Shown in pieces: positions 38,801-52,554 of a DNA stretch of 64,000 nt. How positions within the stretch are numbered: position 1 is the stretch's first letter; each line of letters starts with the position of its first letter. The notes under the pieces were generated by a model. That model worked only from the letters and a program-made list of their open reading frames with translations. It was not told where the DNA came from and made no database searches. The position numbers were made by a program, and so were the translations under genes. The DNA comes from Takakia lepidozioides (taxonomy: Eukaryota; Plantae; Bryophyta). Where the stretch lies: the NCBI GenBank assembly GCA_030704615.1, contig CM060733.1:59334001-59398000 (forward strand), written 5' to 3'.

Positions 38801-41800
38801 CTTTCTCAAAGTCTAGGAGCCAAAGGGCCAAAGACTGGCCAGTATTGCAAGCAAAGTTGTTAGCCTCCTGAGCTAACAACACGTTGTCTAGGATGTATCT
38901 ACCCTTGACATAGCCAGCCTGCCCTGATCTAATCATGGAAGGTAGTAGGGTTTTGGATGCGGAGGGCTAGGGTTTGAACAATAATTTTATAGGCCACGTT
39001 GAGTAAGGTGATAGGTCTGTTATTACTGAGGTTAGCCCTATCTCCTTTCTTGAAGAGCAAGGTGATTACTCCCTGAGTCATGGAAGCAGGCATGAAGCCT
39101 TTGGCTTTGATGTCGTTCGCCATATCACAGAAGTCTTTGGAGATGGTTGGCCACAAGGATTTGTAAAATTCTACTGGCATCCCATCGATGCCAGGAGTTT
39201 TGTTGTTGTTCATTGCCTTGAGAGCCATCTCCAGCTCTTTTGGGGAGGGTAGAGAACGTCCTTTGGGTCAGCCTGGAAAAGAGAAGCAAAGTGTCTTGAA
39301 GGCTGAGGCCCCCATTTGCTAGGGGTTGGAAGTTGCGACCCCTGGGATCTCTGTATAAAACTGCAAGATGGTTTGGCTATCTCTACGGAGTTTCAACTTC
39401 TGGAAGAAGTACTTGGTCATCTTCTCACCCTTGGTAGACCAATTTATTCCCGCTTGCATCTTCATTTTGTTTTCTTGAAAGAGGAGGTAGCTATCCATGT
39501 TTTGGCGGGCTTCCAAGTAAGTTTGGTAAGTATGGGCATCGCAAGACTTGGATTCCAGCTTCTTTTGGCAAATGCCAAGGCATTTTTTAAGAGCCAGAGT
39601 CTTTCTTTTCTTTGCTGTGGCTAAATCCCTACTGAGGTCTTGACTGACTTTGCAAGTAGCTGCCAACTTGGCTTGGAATCTAAGTATGGGGCACAGGTAC
39701 TGGTTTGCTGAGGATAGCCAGGTAGATTTTAGGCTATCAGTAAAAGAGGAGAACTTGAGGTGGGAGGAATTGAGCCGGAAGATCCCTTTATCGCTGGGAT
39801 GGGAATTGGGCAGTTTGAGAGAAGCTGAGACTAGGGCATGATCAAAACGCATGGGAATAGGGTCCTGAGGGTCCAAGAAGGTAACAGGGGAGAAAGAGAC
39901 AGAGGTATAGAATCTATCAAGCCTAGCCATACTGAGATCAGTGATATCTCTGTTGTTTGTCCATGTGAAGAAGGGGTTGGAGCCTGCTGGGTCGTTGGGA
40001 GGTCCTTCCATTTCAGCCAGGCTGTGGGTCTGGGTTAGACAGTGCCAAGATTGTTCTTCCTCAAGGCTCATGTGAATTGTGCCCTTGCCTATCCTATCCC
40101 TTGCACTCTCTACCATATTGAAGTCTCCTGCAATTACCCATTTAGTGATATCTTTTTGGTCAGTCATGAGAAGGGATATCTTGTGCCAGCAACTCATTCT
40201 AGGGAGTCATTAAAAGCGTGAATATGAAGCCTATGGGATTTGTGTTATTCGGGAACATGAGAGAATAGAATTGGGTCCTTCCCGTTTTTTAATGTGAACG
40301 AACAAGACGAGGGTGCTTGGCTGCTTTGGGAGGGGATTACCCGCCCTGTCAAGAGGGATGTATCTGACCGAGCTCTGAAGGGAGGTATGGATTGAAAGAG
40401 GAGAGGGAAGGGGTGTGGATCCAAGACCTAGGATTAAATTGAGCCGATGCGGGGGCGGAGGGTAGGGGATTGAGGGTAGAATTTTCCAGTCTTTGCTTCG
40501 CATTGGAAAGGAAAGGGAGTCGGATGGTATACACAGGATCTTACAATACTTGCTTGTGATGTGATCAACCGAGAAGCAGAGTAGAGAAATTGACTGAGAG
40601 GGAGGAAGCAGACTTACAAGATTGGATGGTGAAGGGAAGGGTGCAGGTGTCGGGGAGGGCAGCAATGACGGTACTTGGAGGGTGGGCCTTGATAGGTGCT
40701 GGGAGTCGACTGGCGAATTCTGCGTGAAGAATTGTGAGATCTGCAGGTCCGAGGAGCTGGAGGTGGAGAATAAGCCAATGGGATCGTAAGATGGCCTTCG
40801 ATGCGCCTGCGGTCGATATCATCATTCTGATCTTCAACCTCCAAGTCAAGAGCGGCCTTGAGAATGGAGAATGCGTTGCCGAGGGTGCCTTTGGCTCTTG
40901 TTAAGGCCTTGCTTGGAGTGCAAGGACCATCAAAGTGATCTGGCTCAGCCCAGACTCCCAGTAGAGTAGAATCGCTGGTATTTAGGAGGTTTGCGTCCAT
41001 GAGAGCCATGATGTAGGTGTTAGGAGTGAGTTCTTTTAGCAAACCTGGGAAGGTCTCGATGTAGGAACCCCAAGTGACTGGAGAGTGAGGGGGCTGAGAG
41101 TAGAGGGGAAGGTTGTTTTTTAGGTAAGTCTGAATTTTGCTGCATAATGTAGGAATGGGTGAACTGTCCATTGGGGTCTTGGATAGGAAAGATTGTATAT
41201 CATGAACCGAGATCCAGATGGAGTCAAAGCTCATGTTGTCCCTTGCAGTGACCTGCAGAAATGCCAAATTGGGCTTCCTCTTGAAGATCATTGGGGTGAG
41301 GCAAGTGGTGACTGGATCCCCTGTGGATGTAAGCTGTGAGCAACCTCTGAGAGGCAGTGAGGGGAAAGTGTCGAGAGTAGCATAGATTCTTGTAATCGTT
41401 GAATTGTAGGCCACCGGGGAGGGACGGAGTCGGAGCAGGGTCCACAGGAGTCCTCTTGTGGATATTGGGGCAGGCTTTCCCCTTGCTTTTTGCTTGCTCC
41501 ATTTCCAGGAGATTATTCCAGGTATTGGAAGCGGGGTGGGTCCCGAGGGAAAAGGTGTTGGGGAAAGTGCCTTGAGAATGTTGGAAGAGGAAGAACCTTG
41601 GATGCTTGCTACCCCGAAGTCCTGGCTGCTGGGTCCCTTTCCTTTATGTGATCTAGAAGCCGATGCTGAGGTTGCTTCCACTACTATGGGGTCCATGATT
41701 TTTCTCCTTTTCTTGGCCGGAGGGGAGGTGGAAATCTGATTAACTGCGGAGTCCTAATGTTGGAAGCTAAAGGCATGGACGGGCTGCTCCATTGCCCCCA

Positions 41801-41835
41801 TTGGGTGCAAGCGCCCTAACTTTCCCAGAGCCCAG
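35857..41835 (-). mobile_element. Near full-length degenerate L1/Tx1-type LINE (partial ORF1 41696-40614; ORF2 EN-RT-zf ~40500-36400)
   Basis: Endonuclease motifs AGDFNMVE and WTN...RLDRFY. RT motifs KTPGIDG, LDFEKAFDKVDW, RQGCPLAPFLF and SMFVDDT. ITGRALVANQII block. (TAAA)n-like tail at ~35890-35859. Multiple frameshifts. Confidence 0.92.
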
Positions 41836-42199
41836 AGTTTGTTGGCAACAGACTTTCGTCTGAAGAATCACTCGCAAAGTCAGATGCAAGCAACAACTCT
41901 CCATCCTGCAAAACCACAATATAGCAATAGTAGTTAAAATCAATAAGAGCAACAAATTGAAAAAAAAATCAATTCAACAAGTAGTTATACTTACATCATC
42001 GAAGTCCACCTTTTTTTTCTCCTCCTTTGAGAATTCTAGAATCTCAAGTTTGACTTTATCCATCACCGCAATATGTTGGAAATCCTGTTACGTACAGTAC
42101 AATACTATAAAATTCAATAAATCCATTGAGATTTGCTGCAACTATGCTTTCAGCAGTATCAAAACATTGAAAATTCAAAAAAGTCCACTCTCCCCGTTT

Positions 42200-42570
42200 C
42201 GTGCTCAATATAATCACTAATCTCAAGTCGACGCAATCGATGCTCTACAGTTGAGCTAGTTGCTCCTTGCTCGCTTTTGTTTCCCTGTTCTTTGCTCAAT
42301 GCGGTCACTAATCAGTTTAAGTCTACGACATCGCTCTTTGCTCGCTCCTCACTCCTCTCTCCCTGCTCCTTGCTCAATGCAGTCACTACTCAAGTCTATG
42401 CAATCCTTTTTGCGCTCCTTGTTCACCCCTCGCCCCTCACTCATCTCTTCGTGCTCCTTGCTCAATGCGGTCTCTAAGTTTAAGTCTACGGCATCGGTCC
42501 TTGCGAGCCCCGCACTCCCCTCTCTCTGCTCTTTGCTCAATGCGATCACTACTAAAATCTACGCCATCGT
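42200..42570. repeat. Five degenerate ~75-95 bp tandem repeats (TGCTCAATGCRGTCACTA...AAGTCTACG core)
   Basis: Cores near 42202, 42293, 42371, 42459 and 42534. Confidence 0.75.
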
Positions 42571-43691
42571 TGTTGCACAAAGACGGATGTGAAAGAGACA
42601 TGAGAGACTAGAGACAATGGAAGAGCCATCTCACTTTGCCGCTATATGTTGCGAACTGCCAAGCTGTGGACCAGCCATTGGATATGAATGGAGACAAATT
42701 ATGAGGGAAAAACAATTAGTGGTATTGCTCATAAGAGTCAGCACCATGATTGCCATACTCACATTTTCCATGTCTTGCATGAATGAAATATAAATGGAAG
42801 TAGCCGCAAGGTGAAGTGACTCTTCGTTACGCCGACATTGGTCAAAGTCCTCTTGGAAGTTATGGTTGGAGCGTCTCACAAAAGGCACTCCATTGTTTTG
42901 TATGGACTTGTTGTGGGCATTGTTTTTCATAAATGTTTGACTACGCATCCATGGGTGAAAGTATGAAGATGGATGAATGTAGTATGGATGGATGTTTCTT
43001 AATCCGAAACATCGATATGCAGCGTTTATGAGTACAAGGACTAAGTTTAACAAATTTTAACTGAAATTTAGTCCAAGAATTGCTATTATTCTTGAAAATT
43101 AAAATATGAACAAGGACATTTAATGTAGTTTGGATGGATTGTTTTAATAAAATCAATGTGTACTTATACAAAGTTTAGAGCCAGGAAAATATATGACTTA
43201 GTTAAGAAAAAATCAGGACTAAGTATAAATAACCTTACAGTGGTTGTCGTTTTAAATCCAGGTAGGTAGGTGTATATTGGATGTTGTCCATTATAACCAA
43301 CCTAACTATTGAAAAATGGGTCACTGGGTGAACGGGAATTTGTGTTCATTGCATGGGGAGGTTTGGGCAACTATGTGCCTCCGTTATGGCGATAAGAAGA
43401 TAATCACTTTCCAAATTCACCCTCGAAAAAATGCAGTATTCTGATTTGCCCAAAGCCAAATCAACCCTTTCGCTGGGTCTTGCAATCCTGCAGCATGGTG
43501 CTTTCATCTTTGAAGCTGAAGATCGAATGCCAAGGTCTACCACCTCGTAACCCACATCGCCTCCGCTTCTAACAACCAAGAGCTCCACGGTGCTCCTTGC
43601 ATAACAACCTCTCTCATTCTCAAGCAAAAACCACAAGTGCTACAACTAACTCGTATCTGGCACTCACAGATTTGAGCTCATCTTTCTCGAG

Positions 43692-44008
43692 TGATAAAGT
43701 AGAAGAATACAAGCACAAGCTCATACGAGCTCACAAAGCTGAAGCATAAACTCATGCATATATAAACTCATCACTCAAATACAAGTCAAGCCAAGTGCAC
43801 CCCACGCCATGGGGAATCCACACTACGACGCCATAGCTAGGCGCGGTGAGGCTCAGATCGAGAAAGATGAGCCTCCCGCGCTTGTCTTGAAGATAACCAC
43901 TCCAGGGCCTAAATCTGCCTTGACCCCTGGATTGACACTTGGGCCAATCCCAAATGTCAATATGTAAAAGCTAGCTATTTCTTAGCTAGTTTCACACTAG
44001 TGGTAAAT
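43692..44008 (-). repeat. Dispersed repeat ('family B'), an inverted copy of 63123-63441
   Basis: The reverse complement aligns by eye with few mismatches over ~310 bp (CCACTAGTGTGAAACTAGCTA...TTCTTCTACTTTATCA). Confidence 0.9.
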
Positions 44009-47000
44009 ATAAAGAAAACAAAGTATGGGATCCATTATTCTGCCCAAGTTCTACAAAGAAAGCAATGGCAGCTTCAAAGAGATGAAAGACACTGTTGCTG
44101 GTTTGCAGGCAGAGTTTTCAAGTGCGGCAGAGTTGAAAGAAGGGAAATGGACGACATCATGCTCTTCCGCCTCTGTTTCTTGGAGGCCTCCAGCTGATTC
44201 GATGCAACAGCCAGTTTTTGTGCTTGGGTACTGCAGTACTTCCCCTCAGTTCAACACTGCCAACGTGAGGGCCAGCTGACTAAAGGTAGAATTTGGATTC
44301 ACTCTTCTGGGTGGTGATTGAGCTGGTGAGTCCCATATGGGTTCATAACATGTATCTCTACCTTTGTTCTCACCATTTCCTCACTTGAAGATATGAATGA
44401 GTAGATCATGTGTATTCTGAAGCATGCTATTTATGAGCAGTGTAGGTTTAGCAAATCAACTGGCAGCTGTTATCAGAGCTGATTGAACCTGATGAGAAGT
44501 CAGAGGCTGTCAATCATGTACCATGGGCCCCTAATGTTGGCAGGTGGGCTTCTCCAACCCTTCTCTTTCTACACGGAGACACATCTATTTCCTAATTTCA
44601 GTTTATCATAAAAAAATTATCTCGACCATCTGTTTTCTGTAAGTTATTTGTAATTTGCAGGAGACACAAACATTGTCTGCTATTGATCATAAGAGTGGCT
44701 TTGGAAAGGAGACGACTACAGAAGGAAATTCTACAAAAGACAGACTCAGCAGCTAGTCTGTAATCCAAGGAGATTAATAATCCGGAATTCGAACTGATTT
44801 TTCCTGAAAGTCCGTCCCACCTACCTTCCAAGGTTTCACGTAGTTTCTGTTAATCCTACTTTTCTGATGCTGATGAAATTCTGGTTAAGAAACATTTAAG
44901 AATGGTAGTTCTCTTGATACGTTACTAACACTGAAGAGATGGTTGTGTGTTTGAGATCCAGGTACAGAGATTTATCTTTCTTATTCGGGTCAAATCTCTG
45001 ATGAAGCTTAGTTGTTTGAAATGGAGCCAGGCTTTGCGAGTTGATAGCAGTGGTCTCTGCACTCTCCCTTAGGGTCGTCCCCCTTTTTCTTTGGACCCAT
45101 TTGTGTTTCATCTCTTCGCCGAATGTATGTACAGTGTCAATCTGGAGACTTCACACTCACAAGGAAAGCCTGCAGTGTCCAGGGTTGCACGCCTCACTGG
45201 GCACAAGGGAGAGGTTTGTTTTCACATTTTCTGCTCAGAAAGGATTGAGAATTACATGGATTGCTTCTTAGTTACAAGGTCATCTGCTTTGGGATTTTGA
45301 GTAGAACTCTGACTACTGTGGATTAGTGTATCTAGCTCCCTGATGGTGGGCATTGAAGGAACAGAGTTGCCAGTCTGTTGCTAAGAGCCCTCAAAGAAAT
45401 TTTACACAGGATTATGCCGACCCTAGTGGTCAGAGCATTATGGCCAATTTAGGGTTCTGTGCAGGTCAACTTCCTTTGGACATGTTCTGTTGTTCTTTTA
45501 ACGGCTTGACTGTCTCTGTCCGTGGGAAGGTTGTGAAGGAAGCCAATGATCTCTGCTGACCTTTGCCTGAACAGCTGACCCAACAGTGTGTGTGCAATCC
45601 AATTGACAGTAATCATATCCCCTGAGACCTTTTCAAAAAGGGGAACGTATACGAAGGCATTGAGGATAGTTCGAGAGTCCCTTTTCTCCTTCTGACGATA
45701 CATGATCACCATATAGATATTTGATACGCATTCCCTCCCTCAAATGTGTGATCCATGATCTAAGGACAACTTTGATTTCCCACCCTGACAAGAGTGCAAC
45801 AATACTATCAATCGTGTTCATGATTGCTCTCAGCCGCCCTTTCACGCTAAACCCTGATCCTAAAGGGGTGTAGAGGTTTTGGCTTTCTGTTTCACTGAAG
45901 TCTTCTGATGCAGCAGCACACATCACTTGTACATGAAGGTATGGATCTTCCCCCTTCCCACCATTGGATGTTGTCAGAGTAGGTGGGGGGCTGCTCCAGG
46001 AAGATTTTGCTTATGCACAGAAATGACTTCTTGCGTGGTCGGATTTCGGCTGGGCTGACTAAGCGCTGCCTTGAACGTTGCACAGCCTTTGGGATGGTAG
46101 ACTTTGGATTTTGTTTCTGAAGCCCGAGTGCTAATAAGCTGTCCGCAACTGATGACCATTGTAGCAAAAGGAGAAACACAGCAAGTGTGAGGGGCAGTAG
46201 GTGTGCCAAATTGCAGTGGATTGGTGATTTAATAGTAAGTTTTGTAGTTGGAGAGAAAACAGTTGGGAGCTCTCACCTGAATTTTCCAATTAATTCTCAT
46301 GTAGGGTTTTGTTGTCCTCTTTGAAAGAATTGAGTGATTAATCACAAGGTAATCAATTGAGTTTGTGCTTGGTTGTTCTATGAACTGCACGGCTAGGACG
46401 ATTGGTTTGGAGGGCATGCGATGATGACTCATGATTACAGAGAATAGTGTCCATTCCACAGGAGAAGGTTCTATGTGTTCCAACTTCCATGACTCTGAAG
46501 CATGCTCCTCCATCTCCCATAGGTAGTGCTTTCATGGTTTCTATGTCATTTTTCAAAGAACTGAGGTGTATGAATCACAAGGGATGGATGCACACTTAGG
46601 ATCTGACTCAACATGACCAAAGAGCAGTTTCCATCCTATAGGAGAAGGTTCTACGTACATGTGCTTGTGGTTGGTTTCATCCTTAGTGGTCCCTGTTCTG
46701 ATGGCTACATTCAACCAGTGGACGGGTTCTTGCTGTGCAATACTCTGTATGAGTGCATCATAATGTCTCTTCTTCGGTTCTTTGATTTGGTGCACCCGAG
46801 TGTGATGTGACTGTCGTGTGTGTTGACGGACTAGTTTCTACTAGATTGGACAGGCTGAGATGCACCAAACATGGGCTTCCTCTTGAAGACTAGATGTTCT
46901 AAAAAGTGATGTGTTTTAAGCTATGCCTGAATTTTTCTTTGTCTTACAAGCCGGCTTCTGGTCTATAGGTCTTTGCTAAAAATGAAGTAGCCAAGACAAT

Positions 47001-47851
47001 TGGAGCAGGAAGAAGGTCACGGTGTCAGGGTCTCCTTCAGGATATGTATCCACATTTCTGTTGTTGTTCAATTTGAAGCTGATTAGTAAGGGACCTTATT
47101 CCTGCTTGTCTGTACATGACTTGTATCACATGCAATGGATGTAAATGACTTGGGAGCGGAGAAGGACTGCTGAATCTATGAGGAGCAGTCTACATATACT
47201 GCAATTTATGTTTAAATATCTTTGTATGCCTGCAGACCAAACAAGGAATGTGAATGTCTGTCCCTCATTTGATAAACCGAGCCAAAGCTGTAAATGATCA
47301 ATAAGCTTCCACTGCTCTGGTACTTCCACTGCTCTGGTGCTTCCACTGCTCTAATACTTCCACTGATCTGCCCTATCAGTACAAGCTCATTATCTGCAGT
47401 TATTCTGATGGGAGCACAGAAGGCATAACTCCCCTTGGAGAGCAAACAAAAGTGGGTGTGGAGACACCCAAGGAGACATGGCAATAGAGCCCCCTTATCC
47501 TCCACCAACACACAACATCAGCATGAAGGAAAGATATAATTTTGTAGAACCCAGAGGCTCATAAAGAGAGTCTCTCTCAAAAGAAAGCTTCTGTTGTGAG
47601 AACTCTGTACATAGTGTGAGCAGAAAAATTGACAGGTTAATCATGTCTGTGGTAGGCCTACAGAGGGGAATGGATGTGGTGCCAAAACGTTCGGTTTGTG
47701 TTTTCTTTCCAGATGCAAAGTGACCCCTGAACATGTCCCCACAACAGACTGGTTGTGTGGTTTCTGGAAAACATGAGCTGCTCTTCCAGTTCAGACCGAG
47801 GTGTGGAGCTCCCCAACTGTGCTTCTTTGCACAGTGTCATCAACTGGTGAG

Positions 47852-50800
47852 TTACCCAGTTTGCCCCCTGAATTTCTTCCATTTGGCGCTGATACCACCA
47901 AGGACACCACTTCGCAACTTGTAACCTTTTGGGAGACCGCCACCAACAACCTTTAAATCTTCATTTTGCTGAACAGGAATCCCAGAATGCGAGCCATTAT
48001 ATGAAACATCTTCCAGAGTACCACCAATCTGTGATACTGCTTCAGGAACACTGCTGAGGGTCCTGGCTTGCAAGTCACTGTTTGAATCCAACGCTCGAGC
48101 ACTACTACGGATCCTGCAGGCTCGCATATTCTCACACTTCGAAGGTCCTGCCTCCTGATTGGCAATGCCGCCAATCTGAGCTTGTAGATCACTACTATTC
48201 GAATCTCCTTCTGGAGAGATTTTGAACTTGTCTTCCACAACAACTTCAGCATTGATTTTTAAATAGCTTTCTGATGGAGGCGCTTCTTCAACAATTCCAG
48301 AGTATTCATCTGACTTGGAGTTTTCTGCCAAGGTTTTCTCAAACAAGCTGTCAGAATTCTCACTTATCTTCCGTGGTGAATTACTTGCTAATGCATTGTA
48401 GGCAACGGGATTTGGTTCCCCTGGACATCCAACGGCATGGTGGAGGTGCATCTCTTCAGCAACTGATTGTCTGCCCATTGAAGCAAGGGGAGGAATATCA
48501 TCTGAAATTCTGATAGCCCAGGCCGTGGCAGGTTTGGCCTCAGGAAGAGCTTCACCCAAACTCCTCAAAGGTAACAGGCGATCATGTAAGTATAGCAGAG
48601 GATGACCAGCGGGCGCCCTTTCGACCCTCACAAGATCCGACATGGTCTCCACCATTTTCCCAAGGCTTGCAAACCCTGCCGCTTTGTGGTCCAAGACATA
48701 CTGAAATCGACTTAAGAACTTTGGTTTCAACAGTCCTAGATGGTAACCATCCTTACAATCGGGGCAAGCTGTTAGCTCGATGTATAACAGCAGTCTGCAG
48801 TCTAACATCAATTTCCCCGCAAATGCATTGGCCGACAGTGGATTGTCTCTACAGTTCAAGAGAGGAGGAGACTCTCGTCTTTCTTCCCCGGCTATATAGA
48901 TTACGTGCCTCCGCCGGGAGTACTTTAACAGCCGCACAATTTCGGAGAAGTGGTTGATGAGGTCATGGAGATTGTTGAAGCCAAGGTATTTATGGTCCAG
49001 ACGAGCACCACATGCCCGCTGAAAGTCTTCCGGCACAAGTGATATGTCGTACCCATTGGGCACTCTTTCCATGAGATACAGAAGCAACTCCCTGAGCTTG
49101 TTCTTCATGTCCAATGGGCTGAATGGGGCCTTCAAATGCTCAAACACTTCGACATCTTTTGAGACCTCCTTCACATTTTTCTGCGACCCTTTCGTATTCT
49201 TGCGTACAGGCTTACTAGACTCTGCACATAGTGCTGCAGTCTTCGCGCTGATTTCAGGTTTACTCTTGGACTGGCCCCCAACCTGTTTCGTGTGAGAAAC
49301 TGGCAAGCTTGCTACTATTTTCCTTGCATTGTCAGCAATCTCAATTGCCTTTAGGTTGCTCTCGCTTGGAGGCCGTAGCAAGCCTTTCCGGGAGCTGGGC
49401 TGATGTAATGACAACTGATCTCCTGTGATGGCAACTGTAGGTTTGGGAGCAGCCTTCTTCGAATCTTTGTGTGTAGGACCTGTATAGACCAGGCTATAAT
49501 TTGGATCTGACGGAGCTGAGGACGCAGTGAGGCCTTCGCCACTGGCCAGGCTACCCCAAAACCACACTCTGGATGCTATACCAAGCAGGGATGGTGGGAC
49601 ATCCACAGTACCAGGAGGTAGTGCCAGCAGAATATTGTAGGTTTTCATTCGTAGCCGATGCAGCGCATTTGCAAAGTCGAGGTCCCCGGATATGAGCAGA
49701 AAACTTGCTGGAGGAGGGTTGTCAAGTGCGAAAATATCATGTCCACCAATATTGTCTTATTGTTTGCCTCCTTCTTTCCTGGGCACCACCCACAGTCCGT
49801 CTTGTGTAAGGATCCCAAGTGCTGCACATGAACATAATCAATGGTGATTCATAATCATATCAAGTTCCACATGCAACATTGTTCAAGGGCAAGTTATAAG
49901 TTGCACCCTGTCGCAACATCCTGCCAAGTGAGCCACTTGGCGAGGTGGTCATATCTGATGCAAGCTGCTTAGTCCTGTCAACGAGGCATCAATGTTGCTG
50001 GCAATGTATGTAAGAACCCTCGAACATCAAGTGACCAGTTGATGTGATTTTAGATTACAACCTTGTTCAATTCAATGTTGGCAGGTCCCACAGATTGTCA
50101 GTTGATCGACAGTTTAATGAGCCCCTCTGGTCCATTCGATAAATAGTTCAGGAGTTCTTACCTTGTATTCCGTTTGAACACATACATGTATGTATGACCC
50201 AAATTCTGACATTCTTATATTGAACATTCAGCTGACTGATCAGCCAAGATCACCCTCGAGAATTTTCCATGATCTAGATGGACTCTGATTGTACAGAACA
50301 TACCAATTCAAGAATCATACGCGAAGTCTGATCTTGCAGAAAGACTTGCTGCAGTGCTGACAGCTTCAGGCGACAGTACGAAAAAAACAGCATGCAGGAC
50401 CACGGAAAAGAAAGCCTATTTAGTACTGGGCACCATCTCGATCAGGTGATCACTTGTGGAATGCCCTGTAATATGGGAGTAGGTGTTATAGAAAACCAGG
50501 CAAAACCACATAGACCTCTGTTGGAGGTTTTCTCGAGGTTTTATGGATCACATCCTCACATGTGAGTAAAGCAGACGTATCAGCTGGTTCCTAAATCTGA
50601 ACTATCATGCAAGTGTATCACCTTAAGCTAAGTAAAGGAGACAACCGTCATACAATCTACCTGAGCCCACTTAGTTTCTTATTTCCAGAGCGGGAATACG
50701 ACCTGAATACAAAGTCTGCAGTACGTAGTCATCTGATCTGATTCATAAGCAATGGTCCATACATGTTGGACAACAGATGACCACTATTTGAGCCTTGCAT

Positions 50801-51078
50801 GAATGTACGAGGACACAGTCGAAAGACAAACCGGTTGGGACGTGGTGCAAGTCGATGCCTGTGCTTGACAATGCTGTTTGAACGACTTTTGGCAGCGACT
50901 GTAAGTGACCGTAGGCAGAAATGGAGATAGGCCCTTTTAAATCGGCCGCAGTCAGCGATAAGCTTACGTTGCGGGCTATGACATTGGGGTCAAGCCCTGT
51001 AGGCACAGGGCAATTCTCCATGTCCCACCAAACACATATCTTTGCTGTACTCATTGTGGAGGCGCTCCCCTTTGCCAT
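47852..51078 (-). pseudogene. MARF1/Limkain-b1-like NYN + two OST-HTH/LOTUS domain gene (exons 51078-50832 and 49778-47852) with a 1-nt frameshift
   Basis: ICVWWDMENCPVP, ISAYG, STGIDLHHVP, then ALDNPPPASFLLISGDLDFANALHRLR (in a shifted frame). LOTUS-like GYDISLVPEDFQRACGARLDHKYLGF and GYHLGLLKPKFLSRFQYVLDHKAAGFASL. The frame breaks at A4, 49731-49734. Confidence 0.82.
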
Positions 51079-52554
51079 CTCGAACTTCCTGGGCCCGCCA
51101 CTCGTGGCTGCAATCTTCCACGTTCATGTATACATGCTCTCATCACCGTCTACCGCTCTAACTCATGAGTAGTCATCATTACCATGCGGCGGGCCCCCGC
51201 AACGGTATCTTTTTCTGGCCACTGTCCACATGAGCACAAAAGACTTAAGAGATTAGTTATTTCAGATAGTATTGAATCAACCTCCTCTGCATGCATGCTA
51301 TGATCATCTCGGTGCTCGATCACTAGCACTTGCCTTTCAACTGTGCCATGGCATGCAGGATGTCTAAGTCTGAATATTAAACCCTTTTCTAACCTACATA
51401 CCCTTTGTCTACATGCAAGAGGTAGAATACCTGGAAGGATAGGAACAATGTGTGGGAAGCATGGGTGGACTATGCGCACCACCTTGGTTAAGTACAGCAC
51501 CCATAGGTGGACAGGCAAACTGTGCAGATCAGGTTATCCTTGCATTTCCTGGCAGTCTGCAAGCAAGCTCTTCCTTAGGATTCATCTTCATGTCATACAG
51601 GTTGGGTAATGCAGTAGGAGGGTCTTAGGACTGCACTAAACAATCTACTCCACACAAGAAAGACAGTTCTTCCCACAGTTTAGCAAACAGTGACATCTCT
51701 TTCTCACAACCAAGTAACTGAACAAGCAACTAAGGAATGATATGTCAGATGAAGAACAAGGCTAGATGATGGAAGATTCAGCTGTGGGGAGGACCCTGTT
51801 TCATGGTGAGCAGAATGGGCAAGAAGCAAAGGCTGAGTGCAGAAAAGAAATGTCAGCTTAAAAGTTTTAGAACTTTGGACAATCGTATGCAACTGCATAT
51901 GATTGACTTTCTCCAATCTCCTCTTCTGTACAACACTCACTTGCATTTGAGGATACATCAAACCTGCAAAAACTCAGCGGCATACTCAAAATTACCGTTT
52001 GAACTTACACTGTCTCTCTATCACTCTTGGCCCTCTTTCTTGTACGTAAAAACCTGACCTAATTTTTGCATTGTATTTGGAGGTACCTTCCCGAGCAGAA
52101 CTTGCCTCCTGTTTTTGGAGGTACCTTACAAATTTGTAAGGCCCTGCTAGGCTGGCAGGTAGGCTGGCAGGTATCTTACGTTAAGGCCCTGCTAGGTACG
52201 GTTTTCACGTTGGGGAAGGCCCTTCACTCAGGGCCTTCCCCTACACAGTTCATTCCTTGAGCAATGATTGTTCTTGGCTGCTTGTGGAGGGTCCCTCTTT
52301 CTTCATTTCTTTTTCTTTGCTCTTTGAGCATTCCACAGAAAAAATATCATTTCATTCCATTTCTTCATATCTCCCTACTACTGGAAACCTCATGGGCAAG
52401 GTAATCACTGAAGCTTATTACTCATTTCTTGTAAATCTGATGCCTCGGCTCATGTTCTACTATATGAACCTCTTGCTTTCTTTGCAAACACACATGCAAG
52501 TTATTGTATGCACCCATGAGCAATTGGCAAGAAAGTGCAGGAAGGGAAGCTCAC

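Noticed and set aside
43985-44001. CACTAGTG start of family B as a CACTA terminus
   Set aside because: Homology between the two copies extends several bases beyond CACTA, and no partner TIR or TSD is visible.
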